This document shows positions 39,401-48,800 of a stretch of DNA of 64,000 nucleotides, piece by piece. The notes beneath the pieces are model-generated. The model was not told the origin of the DNA and ran no database searches. It was given only the letters and a program-made list of their open reading frames with translations. The stretch covers positions 6,464 to 70,463 of the forward strand of contig CALAZZ010000227.1 of NCBI GenBank assembly GCA_937926515.1, written 5' to 3'. The position numbers and the translations under genes are program-made. Every line of letters starts with the position of its first letter. The first letter of the stretch is position 1. Origin of the DNA: an uncultured Bacteroidales bacterium (GTDB lineage: Bacteria; Bacteroidota; Bacteroidia; Bacteroidales; F082).

Positions 39401-40919
39401 CTATGATTTCCTAAAATTTTACATTAATGGTGTACCTGTGGGCCAATGGTCAGGAAACGTGTCATGGGGCAAGGTTTCATTCCCCGTGTCAGCTGGGCCG
39501 AAAACATTTATGTGGGAGTATATGAAAGACAATGTGGTTTCGTCAGGTGAAGACGCAGCATGGGTGGATTTTATTTCATTCCCTCCGCCTGTCGCCACCA
39601 CAGGAAGCGCCGGTAATGATGCCGAGATTTGCGAAACCGAAACACATCAATTAAATGGAATGGCCACCTACTACAACACTGTTGAGTGGACCACCAGCGG
39701 AACCGGAACATTCAGTGATCCTCATATACTTGACCCGGTTTACACACCCGGTGATGCATGTATTGATGCCGGTGAGGTTGTTTTGACCCTTACAATTGAC
39801 GGCATGACTGCGGTGATAACAGACGAAGTCAATTTGACTATTCATAAAAACCCTGAGATCTATGCCGGTGACAACACTTCGATCTGCCTGGGTGATATTT
39901 ATGAGATTAAGGATGCACTGGCCGATAATTACGACCTCGTGGTGTGGGAAACATCAGGAACAGGAACATTTGATAACCTGCACACCTTGCATCCAAACTA
40001 TGTGCCGAGTAATGAGGATTATGAATCAGGGATGGTAATATTATCGGTTACCGCACATGGTTTCGAATCATGTGATGAAGCTCATGGCAGCTTCGAACTG
40101 CACTTTAATGATCTACCTACCGCTGAAATCACAGGAACACAGGAAATCTGCCTGGGTGAATCAGCCGAGTTAACCCTGACACTTACCGGGGAAGCACCCT
40201 GGTTTGTGACTATCGAAGGCATTGAAGGAACCGTGGAAGTACCAGCTTCACCTCACACCATGCAGGTAGGACCCGAGCTTACAACAACCTACAACCTACT
40301 GTCAGTTATGGATGGCAATGCATGTGAAAATGAAGCCTCCGGAGAAGTTATCATCACCTTAAACTACGCACCCGATGCGCCAGTCACCCCGATGGGCAGC
40401 GATACCGTGGATCATTTCCTGGTTGAAAGTTCAGTATATCAGATTGAAGAAGTTGACAATGCAGATGCGTATGAGTGGAATATTATGCCTGAACATGCAG
40501 GTACTATTGCAGCAGATGGCACAACAGCCACCATTATTTGGAATACAGAATTTGTCGGACAAGCTGAATTATCTGCGATTGCAGTTAATGATTGTGGCCT
40601 TAGTGAAGCTTCTCCAGCCATCACGATAGAATTGTACAGCACTGTTGGCCTGTCTGAAAACCAAGCCATACAGGCCAGCATTTACCCGAATCCATCTGAG
40701 GGAATTTTTAATATCAGCCTTTTTGGTAAAACTCATGCTGAAGCCAAATTAAGTGTAAGAACCATGATGGGTGAACTGGTGTATACTGAAATGATTCAGG
40801 TTGATTCAAGGGCTATAAGTAAAACCCTTAACCTGAGTTATCTAAGCAATGGAAGTTATATACTTTCAATTGAAAATACTGATGGTAAGACTATTAAGAG
40901 GATCATAATACAGAAGTAA
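36489..40919 (+). CDS. Giant secreted C25 (gingipain-like) cysteine peptidase with twin beta-sandwich module, CUB/MAM-like module, Cys-containing repeats and a T9SS CTD (protease B)
   Basis: Signal MKKSFTLFTLFAILAFSLYG. C25 hallmarks MLVISHGPFMEAMEPFIEWKKTIG, LLLVGDHQQVPS, SDNFYGYLVGNDSYNELFVGRFS. Candidate catalytic His in FCNHGHQNGW and Cys in IWSVACDNGRF. C-terminus SIYPNPSEGIFNISL...GSYILSIENTDGKTIKRIIIQK. Confidence 0.85.
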   Translation: MKKSFTLFTLFAILAFSLYGQEWIPLASDTPTPLSQQLIQSDDQSVIIKFDIEGFFMKTVETPKGKEYIISIPKAVSMTEAEAPDLPRYGVSAIIPDLDLMKVRVLDYSYTDFEGIAVAPSKGDFPRSIDPESIPYVYGDAYDRDEFFPDIRAELQEPYILRDFRGQVVTIYPISYNPIRQVLRVYHEMTVEIFSDGIGGENQFQRQSEVLKMDREFKHIYNHQFINYGEFSRYPILEEEGNMLVISHGPFMEAMEPFIEWKKTIGRPIEMVDVSTIGTSPSAIKSFITDYYNDNGLTHLLLVGDHQQVPSQSMSGGFSDNFYGYLVGNDSYNELFVGRFSAESVAHVETQVQKVIEYERDMNESDTWLNIGMGIARNEGTGSGHYGENDYVHMDFIRDSLLNYTYVNVYREYDGNVPGVPNTNSTQMMQRFNDGVSITNFCNHGHQNGWSVGNFSSTHVNQLTNVGKLPFIWSVACDNGRFTNGTCFAEVWMRATHNGEPSGAIATMMSWISQPWQPPMTGQDEMVTILVEGYANNIKRTFGGNSINGSMRMIDQHGTSGRSTHDTWILFGDPSLTVRTDVPSAIAVDHMPAVFLGFTEFTVNADAEDAIVALTMDGEIIGTAYVENGVAVVEFDALEEPGEMTVAVFAYNRITYIETIEVIPAAGPFLALNSFEIDDSEGGNNNGIIDYGETIVLGVALKNLGIENATGVIASISTESDYINIIEGDQEYGIIEPDEILMIEDAFLFEVVDGIPHDTPILFDLNIVGNEDTWTGTINLTASAPTLVVGSYIVDDATGNDNGRLDAGETADIIITTENLGGSESVDALGSILLSDPWITVNSSEFEFGSIEAGETVYAVFNVTADINTPIGHFVEFMYTVEAGEYMAEKEFAIKVGLILEDFESGDFSQFDWTFSGNQPWIITNILPIEGNYCARSGMISHNQQTRMILEYNVGTADTISFYRRVSSESGYDFLKFYINGVPVGQWSGNVSWGKVSFPVSAGPKTFMWEYMKDNVVSSGEDAAWVDFISFPPPVATTGSAGNDAEICETETHQLNGMATYYNTVEWTTSGTGTFSDPHILDPVYTPGDACIDAGEVVLTLTIDGMTAVITDEVNLTIHKNPEIYAGDNTSICLGDIYEIKDALADNYDLVVWETSGTGTFDNLHTLHPNYVPSNEDYESGMVILSVTAHGFESCDEAHGSFELHFNDLPTAEITGTQEICLGESAELTLTLTGEAPWFVTIEGIEGTVEVPASPHTMQVGPELTTTYNLLSVMDGNACENEASGEVIITLNYAPDAPVTPMGSDTVDHFLVESSVYQIEEVDNADAYEWNIMPEHAGTIAADGTTATIIWNTEFVGQAELSAIAVNDCGLSEASPAITIELYSTVGLSENQAIQASIYPNPSEGIFNISLFGKTHAEAKLSVRTMMGELVYTEMIQVDSRAISKTLNLSYLSNGSYILSIENTDGKTIKRIIIQK

Positions 40920-40937
40920 TTATCTTTAAAACATTTT

Positions 40938-41054
40938 AAATAAGGCTGACGAAGCGTCCGAAGATTTAGCATAGTGGTTTGTTCTGTTTGGAACAGGATA
41001 TTGGAGACTGGGAAAACACTTTGTTAGGCTTTTGGACGCATGTCAGCCTTATTT
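40938..41054. repeat. ~117-bp long imperfect palindrome (extended hairpin) between proteases B and C
   Basis: The left arm aaataaggctgac..gcgtcc (40938-) pairs with the right arm ggacgc..gtcagccttattt (-41054). Inner segments ttagcatagtg / cactttgttagg also pair partly. It is followed by a T-rich tract, so it can act as a terminator, but it is much longer than the other terminators in the island. Confidence 0.6.
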
Positions 41055-41125
41055 CTTTTACTTCGATCAGTTTATTCAATAGAGTGAATTAAAATTAAGA
41101 ACATTAACTTATACAAACCGGTAAT

Positions 41126-44100
41126 ATGATTAAAACAAAACACTTAAACATCGCAGCGCTACTGACAGCACTGCTGATTTATTTTCCGGCTATGAGCCAA
41201 CGCATGGAATACAGCTTTCCCGATTCGAGGGGACATTATGGCATTAATCTTCAACAGGAACATCAATCCGGTCTCAAGGCATTTCATTCGATCCCCGAAT
41301 TGGCCCTATATGATATTGATGTAGACGGAGAGACAATGAAGATGATCGAAATGCAAGGATTCTTCCTGCAGAATGAAGAAGGGGCTCCAAACTTACCCGG
41401 GCAGGGGCAATACATTGCTGTACCAAAGGGAGCCCAGCCAGTTTTGATTATTCATAACGTTAAGAAAAATATTATACGGGATATCGAACTGGCACCAGCC
41501 CCAAATATCCCACTTGCCAATGATGATGACCCATTACATTTTACGAAAAACGAAAAAATATATGGCCTTGATGCCTATTATCCGGCTGAACCATTTCTTT
41601 TATCCGATTTGGAAACCATCAGAGGTGTTGATGTGGTCATGCTAGGTATTACACCTTTTCAATACAATCCGGTAAGTAAGGAACTCATCATTTACTATGA
41701 TATTGACTTCGAAATTGCTTTCGAGGGAGGAACAGGACAATACGGCGATCCCCGTTTACGCAGTCGTTGGTGGGACCCCATCCTTTATGATGCCATTTTA
41801 AACAGCAATCAACTCCCTAAAATTGATTACAGCTCCCGCTATCATGAATTGAAGCAAAACCGTTCAACAGGATCTGAATATATTGTCATTGTCCCGGACC
41901 ATCCAGATTTTATCGCCTGGGCTGACTCTATCAGGCTATTCCGCACGCGTCAAGGCATCACCACTCAAGTGGTTACAACCACAGAAATAGGTGGCAACAA
42001 TCACATCCTGATAAAGAATTACCTGGCCGATGCCTACAATACATGGGATATACCTCCGGCAGCATTCTTGTTATTGGCGGATTATGGTACTACAGGTAAT
42101 ACAATCACTTCCGAAACCAGAACAGACCATCCCTATACAGGTACATCCAGTTATATCTCGGATAATTTTTATGCCGACATGAATGGCAATCATATGCCTG
42201 ATATGACCATGGCTCGCATCACCGCCCGAAATGCTTCTGAACTGGAGATCATGGTTAATAAATTCCTGAATTATGAACGTACACCCCCCACAAATACTGA
42301 CTTCTATAATAATCCTATAACTGCAATGGGTTGGCAAACTGAACGCTGGTTTCAGATTTGTTCTGAGGTTGTAAATGGGTTCTGGGAGTACGAACTTGGC
42401 AAAGAACCGCTCAGACAAAACAATATTTACAGCGGATCTCCCGGCTCAATATGGTCATCGGCTCCCAATACGACCACTGTTGTCAATACTTTTGGGCCCA
42501 ATGGCTTGAACTACATACCAGCTACGCCTGCGCATTTGCATAATTTTGGATGGAATGCTAATGCATCTTCTATCAATCAGGCTATTAATTCAGGGGCTTT
42601 TATGGTCATGCATCGTGATCATGGACTCGAAACCGGATGGGGAGAACCACATTACAGAAATGAGCACCTTGCTGGTTTAAATAATGATGACCTAACCTTT
42701 GTTTTTTCTATTAACTGTCTAACCGGTAAATTTAATTGGGGTCAGGAGTCATTTACAGAAGCCATGCACAGGCATCCAAAGGCAGCACTAGGTTTGACTG
42801 CAGCCAGTGAAATATCCTACTCCTTTGTGAACGACACCTATGTTTGGGGTATGATGGATAATATGTGGCCTGAGTTTCTACCCTTGCATGGAACCAATCC
42901 TGCCTCCAGAGATATCTTGCCTGCCTTCGGCAATATTGCCGGTAAATATTTTCTCCAACAATCAAACTGGCCTTACAATACCGAACATAAAAGAATCACC
43001 TATTATCTGTTCCACCACCATGGTGATGCCTTCAATACTGTCTATACACAGATGCCACAGGAGCTTTCTGTGCTTCACCCGGACGTGATCCTGAGCATCA
43101 CAACCGAGTTTTCAATTACGACTGATGAAGGTGCACTGATCGCAATCACTTTAAACGATGAGTTGATTGGGGTGGGTGAAGGCACTGGTTCCGAGACCTA
43201 TATACCGATCTCTGAAATTACACCGGGCGACCAGCTCCTTTTAACTGTTACGCTACAAGACCATTATAGATACGAAGCTTTTGTTGAGGTAATACCACCT
43301 GACGGACCATATATTATTTCTACTGATGTTTTAATCAGTGATGAGGATGGTAATGGCAACAATTTGATTGATTATGGTGAGATCATAGACCTGGGTATCG
43401 AACTTAAAAATGTCGGACTTGAATCGGCAACAAATGTTACAGCACTATTGAGTACCGATTCTGAATATTTAACCTTACTTGAAACAGAACAGTTTTATGG
43501 TGAGCTACTTCCCGACCAAACAGAATTAATCGAAAATGCCTTCAGGTTTTCAGTAAGTGACAACATCCCAAATAATACAATGCTCAATTTCCAACTTGAG
43601 GTTACAGGTGAAGAAGACGTATGGTTAACTGATTTCAAGCTCGTGGCTTTTGCCCCGGAATTCAGTATTGGCAATTTCCTGGTAGATGATAATGAGGATA
43701 ATGGTCATCTTGATCCCGGGGAAACAGCTGATATTATTATTTTAACCAGCAATACCGGAGGGAGTGATGCTTCTCAGGCTATTGCAGGCGTGATACTTAA
43801 CGACCCCTGGGTGACATTAAATAATGATGAATACATTTTTGATGAGTTTGATTCGGGGCTTACCTTAGGTGCCATGTTCAATGTTACGGTAAGTCCAAAT
43901 GCACCTATTGGTCACACATTTAGCTTTGTATATAGTATTGAATCCGGTGCTTATACAGGCTCACATGTATTTACGGCAAAAGTTGGACAGATTTTGGAAG
44001 ACTTTGAAACAGGTGACTTCAGTCAATTCGATTGGGTATTTTCAGGTCATCAGCCATGGACGATTTCCAACTTCAATTCCTATGAAGGCGTTTATAGTGC

Positions 44101-45727
44101 CAAATCAGGAAATATTACACATAGCCAACAAACCAGGATGATGATCCAGTATGATGTGGGAGCACAGGATACCATTTCTTTCTATCGTCGTGTATCATCC
44201 GAATCAGGTTATGATTTCCTGAGATTCTACATCAATGGCTTACCCGTAGGCGAATGGTCAGGCAATGTTCCATGGGGAAAGGTTTCATTTCCGGTTTCAG
44301 CCGGCCTGAAAGTTTTCACTTGGGAATACAGAAAAGACCAGGGAGTAAGTTCCGGCGAAGATGCTGCATGGGTGGATTATATTTCATTCCCTCCTCCGGT
44401 GGCTACTTCGGGCAGTGCAGGTAATGATGCTGAGATATGTGAAATGGAAACACTTCAGCTAAATGGATTTGCAAACCATTACAACAGTTTTGAATGGACT
44501 AGTAGCGGGACAGGTAGTTTTTGCGATCCCCACATCCTCAATCCGGAATACACGCCTAGTCTAGAGGATATAGAAGCTGGTCAGGTCATACTCACATTAC
44601 ATATTGATGGAATAACTGTGGATATTACTGATGAAGTGCAGTTGATCATTCATAAGCAACCCACAATATATGCAGGTGAGGATGCCTCAATCTGCATCGG
44701 AGATGTATTTGAGGTACAAAATGCTGAAGCTGATCATTTCAATTCGGTACTATGGGAATCCACAGGCAGTGGCACGTTTGACAACCCCCAATCGTTGAAT
44801 CCAATATACATACCCGGTGACGAAGATTACGAAAATGGAAACGTATTACTTTCAGTCGTGGCTTACGGATTCGAAACCTGCCCTTCAGCGATGGATAGTT
44901 TTGAACTTCATTTCAATGTGCTTCCATCCGCTGAGATTGCCGGAAGTCAGGAAATATGCCTGGGTGAATCTGCCGTTATAACATTTAACCTAACAGGTGA
45001 AGCTCCATGGATTATCAATTTGTCTAATGAAATTGAAGCCATTGAAGTGCCATCAAGTCCATATACCTGGCAAGTATTTCCCGAGGTCACAACAACCTAT
45101 AGGCTTCTATCTGTTACAGATGGAAATGGATGTGAAAATGAAGCTGCAGGTGAGGTAATGATCACGCTTAATTATGCACCTGACACCCCTATTAAACCAA
45201 TGGGAAGTGACACTGTCGACCATTTTCTTGTAGAAAGCTCTGTTTATCAGATCGAAACGGTTGAGAATGCATATACTTATGAATGGTTTATTGAGCCGGA
45301 ACATGCCGGAACAATTACAACAGATGAAACGAATGCTACCATCGTTTGGAATACTGAGTATATTGGTCAGGCTGACCTTTCTGCAAAAGCCGGTAATGAT
45401 TGTGGTATCAGCGAGGCCTCTTCCTTAAAAAGCATTGTTTTGTATAGTACTGTGGGTTTAGACGAAAACAGTAGCCAACGTTTAAGCATCTATCCTAATC
45501 CCTCAGATGGCAAGTTCATACTCCATTTTCAAAAGCTGAATGCTGCTCCGGCATCCCTCAGGGTGAGAAACCTATTGGGTGAGCTGGTATATGCTGAAAA
45601 TATTATGATTCAAGCCAATCGATCTGAACATATTGTTGAACTCGACCATCTGATCAGCGGAATTTACATTTTATCCGTTGAACATACTAATAAGGTGATT
45701 AACAAACGGATAGTTATACAGAAATAA
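41126..45727 (+). CDS. Giant secreted C25-like cysteine peptidase with the same tail architecture as protease B and a T9SS CTD (protease C)
   Basis: Signal MIKTKHLNIAALLTALLIYFPAMS. C25-like SEYIVIVPDHPDFIAWADSIRLFRTRQGI, FLLLADYG, ISDNFYADMNGNHMPDMTMARIT. Candidate catalytic His in VMHRDHGLETGWG and Cys in FVFSINCLTGKF. C-terminus LSIYPNPSDGKFILHF...GIYILSVEHTNKVINKRIVIQK. Confidence 0.8.
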   Translation: MIKTKHLNIAALLTALLIYFPAMSQRMEYSFPDSRGHYGINLQQEHQSGLKAFHSIPELALYDIDVDGETMKMIEMQGFFLQNEEGAPNLPGQGQYIAVPKGAQPVLIIHNVKKNIIRDIELAPAPNIPLANDDDPLHFTKNEKIYGLDAYYPAEPFLLSDLETIRGVDVVMLGITPFQYNPVSKELIIYYDIDFEIAFEGGTGQYGDPRLRSRWWDPILYDAILNSNQLPKIDYSSRYHELKQNRSTGSEYIVIVPDHPDFIAWADSIRLFRTRQGITTQVVTTTEIGGNNHILIKNYLADAYNTWDIPPAAFLLLADYGTTGNTITSETRTDHPYTGTSSYISDNFYADMNGNHMPDMTMARITARNASELEIMVNKFLNYERTPPTNTDFYNNPITAMGWQTERWFQICSEVVNGFWEYELGKEPLRQNNIYSGSPGSIWSSAPNTTTVVNTFGPNGLNYIPATPAHLHNFGWNANASSINQAINSGAFMVMHRDHGLETGWGEPHYRNEHLAGLNNDDLTFVFSINCLTGKFNWGQESFTEAMHRHPKAALGLTAASEISYSFVNDTYVWGMMDNMWPEFLPLHGTNPASRDILPAFGNIAGKYFLQQSNWPYNTEHKRITYYLFHHHGDAFNTVYTQMPQELSVLHPDVILSITTEFSITTDEGALIAITLNDELIGVGEGTGSETYIPISEITPGDQLLLTVTLQDHYRYEAFVEVIPPDGPYIISTDVLISDEDGNGNNLIDYGEIIDLGIELKNVGLESATNVTALLSTDSEYLTLLETEQFYGELLPDQTELIENAFRFSVSDNIPNNTMLNFQLEVTGEEDVWLTDFKLVAFAPEFSIGNFLVDDNEDNGHLDPGETADIIILTSNTGGSDASQAIAGVILNDPWVTLNNDEYIFDEFDSGLTLGAMFNVTVSPNAPIGHTFSFVYSIESGAYTGSHVFTAKVGQILEDFETGDFSQFDWVFSGHQPWTISNFNSYEGVYSAKSGNITHSQQTRMMIQYDVGAQDTISFYRRVSSESGYDFLRFYINGLPVGEWSGNVPWGKVSFPVSAGLKVFTWEYRKDQGVSSGEDAAWVDYISFPPPVATSGSAGNDAEICEMETLQLNGFANHYNSFEWTSSGTGSFCDPHILNPEYTPSLEDIEAGQVILTLHIDGITVDITDEVQLIIHKQPTIYAGEDASICIGDVFEVQNAEADHFNSVLWESTGSGTFDNPQSLNPIYIPGDEDYENGNVLLSVVAYGFETCPSAMDSFELHFNVLPSAEIAGSQEICLGESAVITFNLTGEAPWIINLSNEIEAIEVPSSPYTWQVFPEVTTTYRLLSVTDGNGCENEAAGEVMITLNYAPDTPIKPMGSDTVDHFLVESSVYQIETVENAYTYEWFIEPEHAGTITTDETNATIVWNTEYIGQADLSAKAGNDCGISEASSLKSIVLYSTVGLDENSSQRLSIYPNPSDGKFILHFQKLNAAPASLRVRNLLGELVYAENIMIQANRSEHIVELDHLISGIYILSVEHTNKVINKRIVIQK

Positions 45728-45749
45728 TAACAAACCGGATCATTTTTCC

Positions 45750-45783
45750 AAAAGGCTGTCAATTTAGACCGCCTTTTTTTTAT
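45750..45783 (+). terminator. Rho-independent terminator after protease C
   Basis: The stem aaaaggc / gcctttt with a 14-nt loop is followed by a run of T. Confidence 0.55.
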
Positions 45784-45885
45784 AAATACTTCCATAATGA
45801 ATTGTTAAATTAGAATGAATCTAAATCATTTTGAGTACTTTTGTTAACTGTATATTTAATCCATAAATTTAAATTTGTCAATTCC

Positions 45886-48800
45886 ATGAAAAATTTCTTT
45901 ACTTTTTTGATTGCTGTTTCATTGCCATTTTTGCTTGTGGCCAATACTTCGCAGTTTGGTTCATCTGTAACAGCAGATCTGCAACAAGAGATGCAAGCCG
46001 TATCAGCTTCAGAACAATTACGTATCAACATTCGGCTTACTCAACAGTATGATCTTACAGAGTTTGAAAGCATTCGACAATATATGACGCGAGAACAGCG
46101 AAGGGATTATGTTGTAAATGAGTTAAAGGCATTTGCCAGTCAAACACAATCAGCCTTGCTCAATGAATTGGAAACTTTTAAAAATGCAGGTGAAGTTAGC
46201 CAAATTCAAGCTTTATGGATCACGAACGTAATTAATTGCTATGCAACGCCTTCAGTAATTGAACAGCTTGCACAACGTCCTAATATTAACCGCATCGATA
46301 TTGATGAAGAACGAATACTGATTGACCCGATTGATGTCGAAGAAGTTGGCGAGACCCAAATTCGTGAAATAACCTACAATGTATCCATAATGAATGTCCC
46401 TGAAGTTTGGGAAATGGGCTTCACAGGTGAAGATGTGGTGGTAGCAGTGCTTGATTCTGGAGTTAATTACAACCACAATGACTTGACTAACAATATGTGG
46501 GAACACCCTGACTTTCCGTTTCATGGATGGAATTTTACTAACAACTCCAACAATCCAATGGACTTTCATGGACACGGTACCCATTGTGCAGGTACTGTTG
46601 CAGGTGATGGCACATCCGGCTCACAAACAGGCATGGCCCCAACTGCTAAGATCATGGCATTGCAGGTATTAACTGCCAGCGGTGGTGGAACAGAGTCTGG
46701 TGTTTGGGCAGCAATTCAGTTTGGTGTTGAATATGGTGCAGATGTGCTAAGCCTCTCTTTGGGTTGGGCGCATGCCTGGGGCCCGGACAGAGCTTCATGG
46801 AGATCTGCAATGGATAATGCTTTGGCTGCTGGAGTTGTAGCCTCTGTGGCAGTAGGCAACGAAGGCAATCAGCAAGGTACATATCCTATACCAAGCAATA
46901 TCCGTACACCTGGCGACTGCCCAGCTCCCTGGCGTCATCCTGATCAACCGGATACAGGTACTCGTTCAGCCGTTGTATCTGTTGGTGCTACCAATTCATC
47001 TGACGTAATTGCAAATTTCTCCAGCCGTGGCCCGGTAACCTGGCAAAATATCAGCCCATACAATGATTATGAATATAATCCTGGCCAGGGCCTTATCCTG
47101 CCTGATGTTGTTGCGCCAGGTGTGAGTGTAAAGTCTTGTTCACATACAAATATTTCAGGTTATACAACAATGAGTGGCACCTCTATGGCCACACCGGGAG
47201 TAGCAGGAGTGATGGCACTCATCCTTTCCAAAAACCCGAACGTCACACCTGAATTAATGAGTCAAATACTTGAAGAAACTGCTTTACCGCTTTCTTCAAG
47301 CAAAAGCAATACTTATGGATCAGGCAGGGTTGATGCCCTTGAAGCGATTATCAACACTCCTTTTATGGGTCCGATTTATTCATCCCACAGCATCAATGAT
47401 GAAGCAGGCAATAACAATGGACAGATCAACCCTTCAGAATTTATCAAAGTAAACCTGGCTTTGGAAAACAATTCAGAGCAAAGTTTTTCAGATGTTGAGG
47501 CCTATGTCTACAATGATTCGCCCTATATCACAATGATAGATACAATCGCATTCTTTGGTGATTTTGGCCCGGAAGAAACCATTGAACTGGCCGATGCATT
47601 CTCTTTTCAGGTAGCTGATAATATACCTGGCTCACATCAGTTGATATTCAGGCTTGAAGCTACAGACGGAAACGATATTTGGAAAAGTGAGTTCACTGCC
47701 TTAGCAGCTGCTCCGCGATTGGTGATACAGAATGTAACGATTGATGATTCTGAGGGTAACAATAACGGCAAACTTGATCCGGGTGAAAATGTTATCATCA
47801 GTATTCAAACACTGAACTCCGGACAGGTCATCGCCACTGACCCTGTTGCAAGCCTCGAAAGCAGCAGTCCTTTTATCTATATTCAATCAGACAGCCAGCA
47901 ACTGGCAAGCATCCCACCATTTGGGAATGAAACAGTGAGCTTCGAGCTAAACGTATCAGAAGCAACTCCATTGGCAGAGCCGGTGTTGTTGACCTATACC
48001 ATTACAACAGGAGCCTATATCGTTGATCTGGAGCTTTATCTCCGTGTAAGTGAGCTGGTCGAGGATTTCGAAACCGGCGACTTTACACAGTTTGAGTGGC
48101 TTTTCTCCGGTGCACAACCATGGACACTGGTCAGTACCGGCACTTATGAAGGGGCTTATAGCGCCCGTTCCGGGAACATCAACCACAACCAGTTCTCTCA
48201 GATGGTACTTGAAGTTGAGGTTGCACAAGATGACCATATTGAATTTATGTATAAGGTGTCCTCAGAACCTGACTATGATTTTCTCAGGTTTTATATCGGA
48301 ACCAATTTGATGGGTGAGTGGTCAGGCACTGTAGATTGGCAGCTGGCCCGATTCCCGGTAAGTAAAGGTGAACATATCTTGAGCTGGGTTTATGTAAAAG
48401 ATGGTGGGGTCAGTCAAGGCAGTGATGCAGCATGGGTAGATTATATCGTTCTACCTCAGCCTGTAACCACAACTGCTTTCGCTGGTCAGGATGCCATTAT
48501 ATGCGTAGGCCAGGATTTTCCAACCGAAGCCATCATTATGAATGCTGTAGAGATACTATGGGAAACATCAGGCGATGGGATGTTCACTGAAGTTGATGTA
48601 GAGAATCCCATCTATATGCCTGGCGAAATGGACATTGATAATGGAATGGTTGAGTTAGTGGTAAGCATAGTGGGAGAAGATGGAGCAGAAAAGTCTGACC
48701 AAATGATGCTGTCAATCTATCCTGAGGTTGAAGCCATCGCTGGTGATGACAAATCAATATGTCTGGGAAGTGTACTTCTGATTGATGATGCATATGCGCA

